A DNA stretch of 64,000 bases from Camelus dromedarius (taxonomy: Eukaryota), in assembly GCF_036321535.1 (NCBI RefSeq), contig NC_087436.1:72976001-73040000 (forward strand), given 5' to 3'. The translations under genes and the position numbers were made by a program. The notes below the pieces were generated by a model that saw only the letters and a program-made list of their open reading frames with translations, searched no databases and had not been told where the DNA came from. How positions within the stretch are numbered: position 1 is the stretch's first letter; the number at the start of each line of letters is the position of its first letter. Of the stretch, positions 1 through 13,329 are shown piece after piece.

Positions 1-110
1 TGGGGAGGGGGGAAGTTTTAAAAAAGACTAACAGATGAATGCTGGACAGTGGAGACGACAGAGCAGAAACTATAGTATGAAGCTACAGGACATCAAATGA
101 GAATGATTCT

Positions 111-541
111 TATTGACTCCCCTAAAGGCCACCAGAAAAAGTCTTATCAAGCAAAACTAGGTTTATTAGACTCAGTAAGAGAGAAGAACACTTTGACAGA
201 GCCTTACTAGTATCTTGGAAGAGGGAAATCGAAGGAGGATGTTTGTAGGATTTCGAACCAGCCCGGATGATTTTTAGGCAGGTCTTGCAAAGCAAAAAAC
301 TGGTTGGGATTATACAGAGTTACGACATCATAACTTTTGAATGATGTACACAGGGAGGAAAGAGTCTTGAAGAGAATCTTGATGACAAGCTTGCTGGTCT
401 TGTTTCTCAGGAGCAAATAGTTTCTGGAACAAGAGGCTAAGTTAGTTTGTGCTTGTTCTCAGTATTATTTAACACAGAGACAGGAAAGGATACTGTTATT
501 ACTTAGCATAGGGACAGGAAGTGGTTTTGGTTTCAGTCTCA
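111..541 (-). mobile_element. Probable old ERV-type solo LTR (family unassigned)
   Basis: The minus strand starts TGAGACTGAAACC, like the MER110 5' terminus. Minus-strand AATAAA at 162-167 lies near the other end, and the length is LTR-like. Boundaries are approximate. Confidence 0.4.
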
Positions 542-3500
542 TTTCATAATTTTCTCTGGAGATAGCAAGATAGGAACAGGAGGAAAAGGGAAATTGGGGA
601 TTATCCAGAGCTAAGAATTGACAAGTTGTGTAAGATACTGGTGACAGAGATGGCGTCGTCAAGGCTGTCAAATAAATAGCTGAAATAGTGGACTGTGGAA
701 TAAGAAGACAGGTTGAGACAGAAAAGCTCCAAAGACTAGAAGAAGGAAAGGAACAGAGATTGAAGTAAATAGCAGATTCAATGAAAGTGAGGATTTGAAA
801 AGGTTAAATGGTAAGAGAGTGAGAAAGGATAACAACATATTTTAAATACAAGGGGTGAAAAAAATCACACTTTAACTGATTAGAAGTAATAGGTTCCTCT
901 AATTATACCAAGATTTATAGAGTAACCTAGAGTAAATGGTTTTCTTATCCATTTCCCTAATTTTCTGCCTGGTAAATTCATTCTCATTCTTTAAAACCAG
1001 TTCAAATCTCTGTGAAGATTTCCTGTCTCCCCCAGGTGTCTCCTTGGGACAATCACACCACATTCTGCCTCGATCTCCACAGTGATTTCTATCACAGTGT
1101 GTTGTTGTTTATACAAGTCAGAGAAAGGAAAACTACATTATTGTTTCTTTTTTAAACCAAAACTGACTGCAGCTACTTCTGCCCCTAAGGGAGTGGCAGA
1201 TTTTCTCTCTAGAGCAGAGAATCTTCTGTTTAATAAAATAGGTTTAAAATACATTGTGGTTGTGAACTCCACAGTATGATTTGGAATGGTCCAGTGAAAC
1301 GAAAACAGAATAAAACTGCCTTCATATAAAATGGGTTGGAATCTGAGGAGATTGGAGGCAAACAAGGGAGAAATGTAAGGAAATTATTGAGAGAGCAAAG
1401 GACCAAGAAACCTCCATAAATAGTCACCTGGTGGAGTGAAATTGTCCAGTTCCCACTAGTGAAGGTGGCCTATGAGACTCTAAAAAGAGAGTAGGGTGGA
1501 TTTCACACTCAGTTATTCTCTACTTGGTCCTTTGTCACAACATCACCCCACACCTTGAATAACATGCTCTATGTGCAAGAATGCCTTCTGTTTTGCAGGA
1601 AATTAAGGAAAAAAGGCTAAACTCCACAGCTGAGTCTTCATGGCAAAGAAAATAGAATAGCCATGGAAGGCAGAACTCAAGGAAAATCAAGTCATTGGAA
1701 TCATCAACAAATTAGAGTGAGGGAGTGAGGTGTCCATGAGAATGTAAGCCAGTGGAAACTAAAACAACAATAACAACAACAAAACTTTGCCTGGGGTGAT
1801 GGGCTTCCTCTGGGTTGTGCAATAAATTTTTGAAAATTTCTTTCTAAATATCCAAGGAAAAGGGATCCCAGCTGGCATCTGGGATGCATGTATGTTTGTA
1901 TACACATCCTATTTACTCTATGTCAGTGTATGACATAGTTAAGTGGCCAATAAGTATTTGTTACATACATGCGTAAAAATACATGGATATAAAACCAACT
2001 CTATTTTATTAGGGCAAGAAGATCCAATAGTTTCTTGTAGGTGTGAGAAGGCATCAAAAAGCAGGTGGGCAAATCCTAAATTACATGTTCAAAGTCCTAT
2101 AACAGGACAGTGACTCATATATTTACATATCATGTACCACTTCTGAAAAGTATGAATAACAAAGCTGGAGAGTAGCATGCAGTTATTGAGAGAAAGTAAA
2201 GCATAAGGGGAAACGAAATCCTTATGAAAGAATATAGGAGTGAGATTCTAAGAAAGAAATCATGACCAGGTTGACAAGCTCAGCCTCGATAGTACAGTGT
2301 TTAATTTTTATATCATCTTAGTAAGGCAGACAGCAGCAACACCTATACAACAGCAAACCAGAGGCACACACACCAAAAAAAAATTGTGCTAGTCTGTAAG
2401 TTTCTGCAAGTCAGTGGTATTATCCAAGCCCACTTTCCTACTCTAATCCTGACAGCGAGAAAACCAAGACTACAAAGGAAGGATCACATTTGAAAATCAA
2501 GAGATTCGCTGTCAACCTTCCTGGAAGTGTAAAGCCCTGTTGGTATTTTATTTCACTACCCATCTCTCTGTGAAAAGAACCACACCTGGCATCCACCTGC
2601 TGTTATTTTTAACATTAACCTTTTGGAAATTTTCAGATAACAGTGGCGGCACTCTAGAAAATTGAGAATCACTATAATAGTAGTAGATTGTGATTTAAAA
2701 ATAATGTATAGCAAGTTGCATTTCACACACCTAAATCATTTTTTCCATACCATCCTGATGGAGTCCAAAGCAATAAACCTTGCTTCAAAGAATTAGATTG
2801 ACAGCCAAATTTATAATGTTAAAGCACTTTTCAGACCAAAGCAGAAAAATGAAGATTAAGGCAAGGGGTTTTATCTTTATTTATAGAATCAAGGCAAGGA
2901 GAGTAAATTCAAGATGACAGAAAGAGTTGTGGACAGAGTAGAGTTGAGGTATGAAGATTAAGTCAAGCCATAAAATAACTCCATAAAAATAATGTAACTC
3001 TAATGCCAGGTTTCTTTACATGGTAGGTAGAATCAGGCTAAATTTAGAAGTCAAAGCTGGTGATTATTTTTTTGTATTGTTAGGAGTTGACCTAGTGTAC
3101 ATAATATATAAAAGTTGCAGTACAAACTAGTTTATGAAATAAAATAGTACTGAAAAAAATATTAGGCTATTTAACGGGAAAGTACAAAATCTTTTTCCCT
3201 CCTTTCCTGGAAAAGTCAACAGTACTTTCCCTTCTCATTTTTGAAAAAGCATTTGTAATACTCGACACCACATGATTTTTGCAAAGAGCTTTTAGAATCT
3301 GGGTCTAAGATTGTTCTGAGATATAGAGCACTGAACATTTTTTTCTTTCTTTTCTTATTATATAAAAATAAGGACTCTATTCAGCCCATCAAGTCATTTT
3401 ACAAAGCCAATCAAATCACTCATTTCCTTCTCCTTCATATTTTCTGGAAGATTTCTAGGCAATTTTTCAGAAACCACTTTCCCTTCATTTTAAGAAAAGA

Positions 3501-3621
3501 AACTTCCCTCGCTATCCCTCATGGTTACCTCATGTTTGAGACTGACTCTATTTATAATTTTATTATCCTTATGCCCATTGTTATAAATATCCTAAAACAA
3601 TGCTAAGCCTTTGATTGGAAA

Positions 3622-4134
3622 TGGTAGAAATAAACAAAGAGTGCTGAAATCAGGACAAATACGACTATTTATTCACAGTTAACAATAGCAAGGAAGCCAG
3701 CCATCATCGCCTGCATTTAGCAGAGACTCAAAGATGGACAGGGAAGTAAGAAAGTTTGATAATAGGAAAAAAAAAAAAAAAAAGGAAAGCTTCACATGTA
3801 AGCTGATTAGAGGTTGTTGGCATTGGGAAGCTGGAGAAGGGAAAACTAAAAACAGGGCATCAAATGTAATTGGTTTGGGGAGCATATTTGGCTTTTTCTG
3901 GTTGATACTGTGTTAGAAGCAGAGGCAAAAATATGAAAGCTAACAGTAATTGGCCAAGCTTTGCCCACTGTGAGACAATTGATGGCAAGGTTGTAGTTTA
4001 GCTCCCTGCAAAGGTGGCTGCAGAAGCTGTGTTTTGGCTTCCCAGGCTGTTTGCTGCAGAGATTGTTGATCAGAGTTCTATCCTCATACATGATATGGTC
4101 TAGCCACACTATCTGTTGTATGTTCAGTCTCTCA
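3622..4134 (-). mobile_element. MER110-like ERV1 LTR (3' LTR of the adjacent provirus)
   Basis: The minus strand has TG...CA termini (TGAGAGACTGAACATAC...TTTATTTCTACCA), internal blocks resembling the recalled MER110 consensus (GATAGAACTCTGA, AAAGCCAAATATGCTCCCCAAACCAAT, CTTTGAGTCTCTGC) and AATAAA near its 3' end. A purine tract (AAAAAGGTAGA, 4135-4145) abuts the 5' end. Confidence 0.8.
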
Positions 4135-4509
4135 TCTACCTTTTTACTTACTTGTGAGATCTTACTTGTGAGAGGTTAACCAATTCACAGAAGGCTAAAG
4201 ATTCAATATCCATTTCTCAGAGTTTGTTTAGCCACCTTCATAATCAACTGCATAACAAGACTGCCTTGACCTTTTTATTATATAATCATAGTGATCATAT
4301 GTTGAGAAATTGGCTGTTGTAGGCAGAACACAATGGACCAATATAATGACCACTGTGACAAAAACGAGAACAAGTAATAATTCCTATAAAATGCTTGAAC
4401 TGGGAATTCCAATCACTCAACCCAGGCCAAGAACAAATTTCACAGACCATGAGAATGAACCTTAGAGAGGTGATTATCTTTTTCACTATGGTGATGTATA
4501 ACCTTTCAA

Positions 4510-4680
4510 CCTCATTCTGTCACTGATACAAGTAGAGCAAGAATTGGCAATGGCAAAGACGCCACCATGACTAGCCAACGAGAAATATAGAGCAACACGG
4601 TTGTCTATCACCCCTTATGTGAATGTGTCGAGACTAATCTGTATTCCATCTAAAGCAGAGGTGGTATCGTTAATACCTTC
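4510..4680 (-). pseudogene. env: ERV env TM remnant (heptad, immunosuppressive domain, degenerate CX6CC)
   Basis: Minus-strand translation GINDTTSALDGIQISLDTFT*GVIDNRVALYFSLASHGGVFAIANSCSTCIS, compared with the gamma-type xNRxALDxLLAxxGGVCAxxxxxCC motif. Confidence 0.85.
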
Positions 4681-5739
4681 TGCTGAAGCTAGTTGTAAGT
4701 TTCTTACAGTCTTTTCCATCTGTGAGATTCTGCTGGGTGGGAACACTGCTCTGATTGTTTGCATACACAATGAGTCAGTAATTCCCTCAGGTAGAATACC
4801 TAAATAATCAAGGGTGGCATTGTTTTGGAGCTTGTGTCTGAATCAGAATTTCCAGGCTTGGTGATTTATAGAATTAGGGTCTCTGTGTACAGACAAGTCT
4901 CAGAGTACTACTCCTAAAGTTTACGAGGTGTTAGTCTGAGGCAAACAGGACCAGGCATTCTGTACACAAAGGAAGTGGTATACCTGATAGGAGTATAGGG
5001 AGAGTCAGGAAAAAAAGGAGCGGTTCGTGGCAGAAGGTCAGAACCAAGGCCTCGTATGAGTTGTGTTACGTGTTTGGATCTCTCTTAGTCTCTTACAGGT
5101 GGCAAGTATTTAGTCCACCCCCACTATGAAGGTTATGGAGTTCAAATTTAGAATAAACTTGGTTATTATCAGTAGATTGTGACTTTGCTGAGTCCCTCAC
5201 TTCTAGAAAAAAAATGCTATTATTACAGGTTGGTTTGTTTAGTCATTTGTCCATGTTTAATGTGCAAGTGAATATGCCTTTATTTATAATTCCCTAGGAT
5301 CTCATTGATGAAACCTTTACTAGAGATTTTATCGTGAAGATTCAGTGATAGATGGAATGCTATCAGTCAATCAGATTGAGGGCAGTGACTACTTTTGGGG
5401 ATAATCTAATAATGGCATTAGAATGAGTCTGTTTGATCAAAAAATTATCATAAAAAGGAAAGAAAAAAAGGGCAAGAAATGGGTGAATGATAACCAGTGA
5501 TCTATAGAAAATGAGAATTATTATAAGGAAGCAGTAGAAAGAAAAAAAAGGAATTATTCAGGGTTCTGCTCCAGTGTGTTAGGTAGCTCTGTCCACTCTC
5601 TGAGAATATTGGCTCATTCTGAAGGTCTTGGGTCAGTGGTCTACTTCTAAAGATCAGCTGCTTCTAGAGGACCTCGGAATCCTCAGTTTAAGGTTTCTTG
5701 TTGGAGTAGCCTATTAATTGTGTGGAATTCTGTTTGCTT

Positions 5740-6520
5740 CTTTAGTTGTGAAATGTAAACCCAAAAATTGACTCACTGTAGTCCTACATTTGTTGTTAAC
5801 AATACCTGATGAGGTTTTGTCCAATGAGATTCAAAAGCATTTTTTTTTTCACTAATGTCTTTTCCAACAGACAACATCTCCTGGCTGAAGACCATGAAGA
5901 GGCTTTCTGGGAAGAAGTTGTGGGAATAAGGCCTTAACCTGTTGGTGATTGGACTGATTATAGTATATGAATCCCTTACAGTAAATTACCATGTCTGTTT
6001 ATAGCAGGATGGAGTCTAGTATCAGAGGTGAAATTCCTAAATATATGGGCCTTTCACTTACCAGTTCACAAAGGGATCACCGGTGTGTCCCCAGGGAAGT
6101 GGACCATATGGCCATAAGGGCTTTTGGGAGTACTTTTGGCTAGGGGAGCTCAAGGATTTCTGAAAGCTTTATTCGTCTCAGTTTGCAAATGGCTTTGGTT
6201 CTTTCAACCTTCCCAGAAGATTGTGGATGGTAAAGGCAGTGTAGTTTCTGCATAAGAGGTAACACCTTACTGAGTCATTTTACAATAGTTGCCATGAAGC
6301 ATGTATATTGGTCACTTGATATAAAAGTTGATATACCCTAGGTTGAAAACCCCAAATCTCACAGCTTTTTAGCAGCTGTTAAGGGCTGTAATTTTTTGGC
6401 AAGAAAATATTTCAACATATCCTGGAAATAGACATAGAAGAACTATAACATCTTCAGATCCTGAGAAAGATAGAAGCTGGGTAAAATTCATCTGAAGGTA
6501 TTCAAAGCGCTCTTAAGGCT
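5740..6520 (-). pseudogene. pol: ERV integrase remnant
   Basis: Minus-strand FST*GISTFISSDQYTCF...KLHCLYHPQSSGKVERTKAI (about 6180-6350; DDE core). A C-terminal W..PHQVLLTT...WVYISQLK module lies at about 5740-5850. Confidence 0.9.
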
Positions 6521-6984
6521 CAACTCTTGGCCCTGGACTGTATCTTCCCATGATTATGTTATTGTAGCTCACAAATGATCTTCAGCTATCTTTTTTAAGT
6601 TTCACCATCAATGTTGACTTGAGAGAATAGTAACCAATTTGTCTAGATCATATTAAGCAGTTTCATGGACAAATTTAATATTCATTTGAAATCATCTGAT
6701 GTCACCAAGTTACTAACTTGAGAATGCCAGAGATGTTCTGAGTGAAAGGTAAAACCATTTACTTTCTATTCTTCCTTTTCCAAATTAGGAGCTAAATGTT
6801 GGTATTTTATAATGGTCTCTTTGAATGTCTCCCTAGATTTATCCTTTGGGAGGTTTGTTAAGACTGTTTGATATAATAATCTGCCATTTCCTCCAGCTTC
6901 TCTATTATCTCTTATGAGATGAGCCACAACCTTTATAATAGTCACCTCTCTGGGAAGTAAAAGTGCATTTAAATTTCCTTAATT

Positions 6985-7285
6985 GTTATTCATTTTTTAT
7001 TAGGGTTCCAGAAGAAGTAGAAAATCCTCTTTGTTTCCAGAGCATCCCAAAATCACGTACTATTCCAAAAGCATGCCCGCTATTTGCATGTAATTTTACT
7101 CTCTAGTCTTTGGATAGTCAACAAGCTCCAGAAAGTGCAGTAAGTTCTGCCATCTGAACTAACTTTAACTCAGATGGAGGACCATAATCTAAAGAAGAGC
7201 TTAAACCAATAACAGTGTATCTTGCTTGATAATCTCCATCTCCAGTTTTGCGGTAGGATCCGTCAACAAATATTAAGTCAGGTTT
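6985..7285 (-). pseudogene. pol: ERV RNase H remnant
   Basis: Minus-strand PDLIFVDGSY...VQMAELTALSGAC*...HANSGHAFGIVRDFGMLWKQRGFSTSSGTLIKN, in frame with premature stops. Confidence 0.92.
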
Positions 7286-7726
7286 TCAGTAGGTCTCTAA
7301 TAAATCTGAACTTGGTACAGAAAATTCCCTGAGGTGAAACAACTGTGAGATTCCCCTTCTTCTAGTAGAGCATGGAAGTAGTGATACTCAGGAAGCTGCA
7401 ACAATGAATAGTAATGTGAGAGTGTGAAAGTAAATCTCGTGAGAGGTTAACTGGCTGGCTGAAAATTACTATTTGTTCTCAGTCAGTAGTAATGTTTACC
7501 CTGTATGAGGAACCAAGCAGGGAACCTAGGACTACTTCAGGAGAAGCATCAACAAACTTTGCAGTAGCAGCTGTTTCCCTAAGAGGGTCTTTGCAACCAG
7601 GTCAAGGTTGAGGCTATAATAAGTAATGATTTTGATGGTTCCTAAGAAGTTGAGTTAAAATCACAAGGGCTTGTCTGTATTGTTCATTTACAAATAAACA
7701 CAAAGTCTGTTTGTATTTAGGAATGC

Positions 7727-8135
7727 TGTTAGGGGTTAAATTTTGTCCTCCACCCCCAAAAGAAATGTTGAAGTCCTAATCCCTGTACCTCAGAGTGTGT
7801 CCCTATTGGGAAATAGGGTAATTGCAGATGTAATTAGTTAAAAGAGATCATGCTGGTGTAGACTGGGTTAATCCAATATGGCTGATGAGAAGACTGCCAC
7901 ATGACAACAGAAGCAGAGAACTGAGTGATACATTGATGAGCCAAGGAATGCCAAAATAGCTGCAAACACTGAGAGCTAGAAGAAGCAAGGAAGGATTCTC
8001 CTTTACAGGTTTCAGAAGGAGCATGACACTGCCAACACTTTGATTTCAGACTTCTAACCTTCTAACTGTGAGACTATTGTTTTAAGTCATTCAGCTTCCA
8101 GTCTTTTGCTATGATAGCCATAGGAAACTAATAGA
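7727..8135 (+). mobile_element. MLT1C-like MaLR solo LTR nested in ERV pol
   Basis: Starts TGTTAGGGGTTAAATTTTGTCC...ATGTTGAAGTCCTAATCCC, contains AGCCAAGGAATGCCAA and GCAAGGAAGGATTCTCC, and ends ATAGGAAACTAATAGA. Pol sequence lies on both sides. Confidence 0.85.
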
Positions 8136-8380
8136 GACCCCCTAGGGAAAGAAGAAGAGTCTTCTTCAGTTTCCAGAAGACCTGCTCATGTTTGGACTCC
8201 CAGAAGAGTCTCTTACTGAGGACTTGTCAATTCAGAAAATGATGACCATTGACTGTAACATCCAATTAAACCTAGAAATCCTCTTAATTGTCACTTTGTA
8301 AGGGATCTAGGACAAGTTTGCACTGTCTTTATCAGGAGACAGTGGTTTTCTCTCTTTAGATACATCATGTCCTATATAGG
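8136..8380 (-). pseudogene. pol: ERV reverse transcriptase thumb remnant
   Basis: Minus-strand IKTVQTCPRSLTK*QLRGFLGLIGCYSQW. The connection domain resumes across the MLT1C insert as IPKYKQTLCLFVNEQYRQALVILTQ (about 7650-7726). Confidence 0.88.
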
Positions 8381-9464
8381 GATGCAAATGGAGGAACAGG
8401 GGGAGGATTTATTAGGAAAATGAGTTTCATTTGTTATTGCTTAAGTCTGTCAAATTGCTCATCAGCTTTGACAAAAGAATCTTTCAGTGAAGCAATTTTT
8501 GAATTCAAATTTCATTTGAAATGCTTAACAATACTATATTGCACACTTAAGAATTTGTTTAGAAGAGAGATCTCAAGTTGCGTTTTTACAATAAAAATCA
8601 AATAGAACCATAATTAAATGTAAACATACTGTCAGAACTCATAGGTCACAGTCTCAATTACTGTTTGTGATAATAGTGTTTGGAATTTATTCAAGAAATA
8701 TTCAACATCAAACAAGTACTATTTATGGTAGAAATGTAATTTATTTTGCTAACTATGAATCTCTGTAACTTACCTTTTTCTTTTCAACATGTTTTGATTG
8801 ACAATGTTGTTCTCCATCACTGAAGCATTTTTGTCTACAACATCAGAATATGTTTTTTACTATAAAGTGTATGTTCAGGGCAAAGAATAATGCTCACCAT
8901 GGGAACAAAGCATGTGGAGGATGAATGAGTCTTCAGCAAGGATTTTGGAGATGACAGCCTTTGTGACCTGTAACTGAACATGTGAGAGGAATGTAAACTG
9001 AGTCTTCAGAGGATTCAGTGCTCTAATTGGTAGATTTTAGGGTTATAAGTTCATGATTAACCTGGAGACAATTTATTTTTTAAAAGACTTCATTTTTTAA
9101 AAAGAATTTGAGTTTGAAGACTCTGTATAAAAATTAAAAATACTGCCCATTGGGCCTGCAAAATCTTACTGTTTTCCAAGGTGCCTCTTAAATGAACAAT
9201 TTTGTTCATGTCAAATATTCCTAACAGTGGTTATTGAAGGCCCAAGTCATCCTTGGTGAATTTTGCCAGTTACAGATAGAGTAGCATGAATAGTGATGAT
9301 AATGAGAGTATGTATAAGAAACAGGAGTTTTTCCTGGAAGAGCAGAAAATTCAGACTCAGATGACCCAGTGAAAGCTGGCAGCAGTCAGACAAAAGTAAC
9401 GCTTATGTACTTCGTGTCTTGGGTGTCTAACCTGCTGATTGTCTACCTCTGAATGCAGGTCTGA

Positions 9465-9925
9465 AAAATCTATAGATGGCTTTGTGTAGTATAGGCATTT
9501 TAATAATATAAATCATTCCAATCCATGAACATGGGATATCATTCCATTTACTTAAGTCTTCCTCAAGTTCTTTCATCAGAATCTTATGGTTTTTAGTTTA
9601 GAGCTCTTTCACCTCCTTGGTTAAATTTATAACTAAGTATTTTAGAGTCTATGATACTATTGTAAATGGGATTGTTTCATTTCTTTTTCAGGTAATTCGT
9701 TGTTAGTGTATAGAAATGTTGCTAACTTTTTGTAAATTAATTTTGTATCCTGCAACTACCAAATTAGTTGATTATATCTAACAGATTTTTGGAGGAATCT
9801 TTAGGACTTTCTATATGTAAAATCATGTCATCTGCAAATTAAGATAATTTTACTTCTTCCTTTCTTATTCTGATGCTGTTTATTCCTTTTCTTATCTTAT
9901 TGTTCTGACAAAGACTTCTAGTATA
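9465..9925 (-). mobile_element. L1 ORF2 (RT) fragment
   Basis: AATCATGTCATCTGCAAA gives minus-strand FADDMI. TTCCAATCCATGAACATGGGATAT and other L1 ORF2 blocks are present. Confidence 0.9.
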
Positions 9926-11559
9926 TTCCTCTTTTGCCCTTCAAAGTTTGATTAATAGCTCACCTTTCTATAAAGTTTAATATGTGCCAGGCACAGTTCT
10001 AAGCACTTTAAAAAGGTAAACTCTTCCAATGTTATCTATTAATAATATTTATTGAGTGCCTACTATGTGCTGGGCCCATTTAAAATTATTACCTCTTTAT
10101 TCCAAAGAATAATCTGGTAAGAGGGCTATTATCATTTTCTTTTTACAAATACTAAGTGAGATTCTGGTAAGATAAAAGCAGCTTTAGGAAGCAGCACTGC
10201 TGAAGGGGAGAGTAGGGCTTAGGAAATTTCTGGGCTCTGTCACTCATTAGATGTGTGATTTGGGGGAGAGTTGTTTAACCTTTTCAAGCTTTAGTTTCCT
10301 CATCTATAAAATGGAAATAATAAAAACCAAACAGTCCACTTTTAATTTGATAGAAAATAATCATCTTGTCAGAAAGTAGTAATTAGAGCAACAAATCTTC
10401 TTATCCAGTCACTGACCCTGGCCTATTCCTGATCAAGGCTGGCAAAATAATGCTGTCTAAACAACATGCTTTGTTGGAGAAAATAAATTTAACAGGATTT
10501 GGACCATAATAGGAATATAATCACTATTAGCTATTATAACCTTTGTTTTGGTTATGCAAATAGAACCAGAAAGAAATAGAGGAGATGTCTCTAGTGAGTA
10601 ATTCTTTCTCAGGCTAATAGGTATTCAACTGGTTTCTCTGGATCAGCTAAATCTAATCCACCTCTAATGAAACTTACCTTGACTCTTTTAGGAGACAAAT
10701 ATTTCAGCTGCTCTGTGCTCTTACAGATTTCAAAACTATAATGTAATTCAGCACAGACGTCCAAATTGATTTGCTTTCCCCTTGAGTTCTATACCTGTTT
10801 CATACGTGAGGAACTCAACAGCCAGAAGAGGGTTAGGGAGAGAACTCAAGGAGTATTTTTGATATGATAAGTATTTAAAGTGCACAATTATTCAAGGCTC
10901 CAAGATGCCAGGTGACATAGGGGCTTCCATAATTGATTGTAACCCGGTTTTGTTCTTCACGAGTTCCTATAGATGTACCACATATTCTTTGCCAATAGTA
11001 ATTTTTACCCAAAGAAATATAATAATTATCTTTCAGAAGAAAGAGAATGAGGAGAAGGGAAAACGGAAGGAAGAAAAAAAATAAACTGAGATCAAGGATG
11101 GTCTGAGTAATTTTGGTTCTGATTTGTAGATATATTTTCATGAAATATAATAGGACAAAATATTTAAAAGAGATACTGCCATGGACTCAGAGACGTATCA
11201 TTGCCATGTCAGTGAAGCACAACTGCTAAAAGTCTGTTCATAATTAGCTGGCTTGTTCCTAGTCTAATACAATGACAGGACAGCTTACAAAAGAAAGACA
11301 TAGCTAATCAGGTCATCCTAACTACTCTCGTTAGCTTCACATTTCAGATAGGGATGAAATCAATGTTCAACTTGAAAGAACCATCATGTCAAACAACTCT
11401 TAGTACTTTCGTTTGTCTATAAAATAATACAATAAATGAAATAATCTATTAGCCATTATCCTCTTTTGGTTACTAAATGCCATACATTTTTCTTAAGGGG
11501 CTTTTACACATCGTGTTCTTTGTTTTTTTCTTGTCCCTATTTGTTTAACTTTATATCTA

Positions 11560-11700
11560 TATGAGATGGTGAATGTTCACTAAACTTACTGTGATAGTCA
11601 TTTCATGATGTATGAAAGTCAAATCATTATGCTGGACACCTTAAACTTATATAGTACTATATGTCAATTATACCTCAATAAAACTGAAAGAAAAAACAAA
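11560..11700 (+). mobile_element. Old L1 (L1MA9/10-like) 3' end
   Basis: CAAATCATTATGCTG-ACACCTTAAACTTA...ATATGTCAATTATACCTCAATAAAACTG followed by an A-rich tail. Confidence 0.7.
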
Positions 11701-13329
11701 GCAAAATAAAATAAAGTTCCAGCCTGGAAAGCACACAGAAGCGATGGAAAGCAGTCACTTCTGGACATACTCCATTCAAAAGGATCATTTTCCATATTTG
11801 GAAGCAAGGAGGAGATTCTGAGAAATAGAGTTTTTGTCTGGGTCCCCTCCTCCCAGAGACAATACTACACATGAAAAAGAGAGTTCACATTTTTAGTACA
11901 CAGCTAACGCAGGTAATTTAAGCTAAAACAACCCTCCCTACCAAAAACATAGGAACCAAAATTCTCTGGTCTGCACCTTGCTAGTTAATTTTACAACCTG
12001 CTTCATTTCATGTGTGAAATCATGGCCCGAATAAAGCCTTCCTCATACTGATGTTTTGAATTATTAAGAGTAAAATCCACAAAGCTCTCTTTAGCTTCCC
12101 CAAAGCTATTGTAGCTTTTTTGTATTATTGTTGTAGATTTGTTTAATATATTTATATATAATAAAAATTACCTAAGTGTTTCAATGTTGCCTTGGCTGTC
12201 AGAGTTTTCCTCTAATGGCCAAATCTACCTTTATTTAATTATCAGTGTTATAACCTAAAGTACAGTGATTGCATACCTAGAAATAGCTTTGAAATAACCT
12301 GTAAAATAGGATGTTATTTAAACTATATCTGTGTGTGTATATATATATATATGTAAGTATCAAGAAGAACTAATACAAGGATCTCTAATGATTTTAGTGA
12401 ACTTCTGCCACATCTAAAGATGCAAATTATTGGTTAATCTCTTTGGCTATTTTATAAGCAAAAAATATTAGTTAAATAATAGTAAATGTATACTCAATGT
12501 CAAGTGGAATCAACAAAAAAATTGGAAATAGTAGTCAAAACAAATTTATCGAAGATCATAGTTTTAGTTGGATGTGCTATAGGAAAATAGATTCCTATTT
12601 TAATGCAAATATCAATAGAACCATATTTTTACAAGATAATATTCTTGTGAGGTCCCACTGATTTAATAGGAAGAATGTGTAGCACTTACCATTGAAAGTA
12701 GGTGATGCTGATTCTGCGATGGTAGCTACTATAATGACTATTCCTGCTCTCCTGAGTAATCAGTGTGCTCTCACCTCCATGGTTGCTGATGCAGTGTAGA
12801 AGCAGTTATTTATGCCGCCAATGGTGACTTGCCACACTCCCCTGTGCCTTAGGGAGGAGATTTAACATTCTCTTCAGTCAAAGGCAGTTGGGTTGACCCA
12901 ATAATTTATGTAGCCTTATTGTCCTTCAGACAAGTGACTTGTAAATGTAAGGATTGAGTGATATGGGAGTCACTTTCAGTAGAAAACTTACACTGCTGTA
13001 AGTTTACTTTCTAGCATGAGCCCTGTTTAGGTTGCCAATAGCATCAAAATTGGGTTAAATAATGAGATTAGGTTTACAACACTGCTGGCCTCTTAGTGAT
13101 TACCCAAGGGGACTAATTCCATTGGCTTGGAAGGACTCAGAGCCATCCAAACAATTTCTATCCCCAGAAGACTATAGAACCATTTTCATTTGGTTTTTCT
13201 GTTTTAGTTTTGTTTGTTTGTTTTTTAACTTTTCAGGCAGTAGCAACTGTTTTCATGTGGGGACTTCCCTGCACAAGGGGTAGCACTTGACTCATTCATC
13301 TAAGATTTGTAATAAACTAAGCCCTAAAT

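Larger units (their letters stand above)
4135..8380 (-). mobile_element. Decayed class I (gamma-like) ERV internal region: 3' part of pol plus env
   Basis: Manual minus-strand translation gives RT thumb, RNase H, integrase and env-TM motifs in retroviral order leading into the PPT and LTR. There are many stops and frameshifts and no long ORF. Confidence 0.9.

Noticed and set aside
8400..9460. AT-rich segment replacing the 5' half of the provirus (possible DNA-transposon or ERV leader remnants)
   Set aside because: I could not identify TIRs, coding motifs, a PBS or a 5' LTR with confidence, so it is left unannotated.
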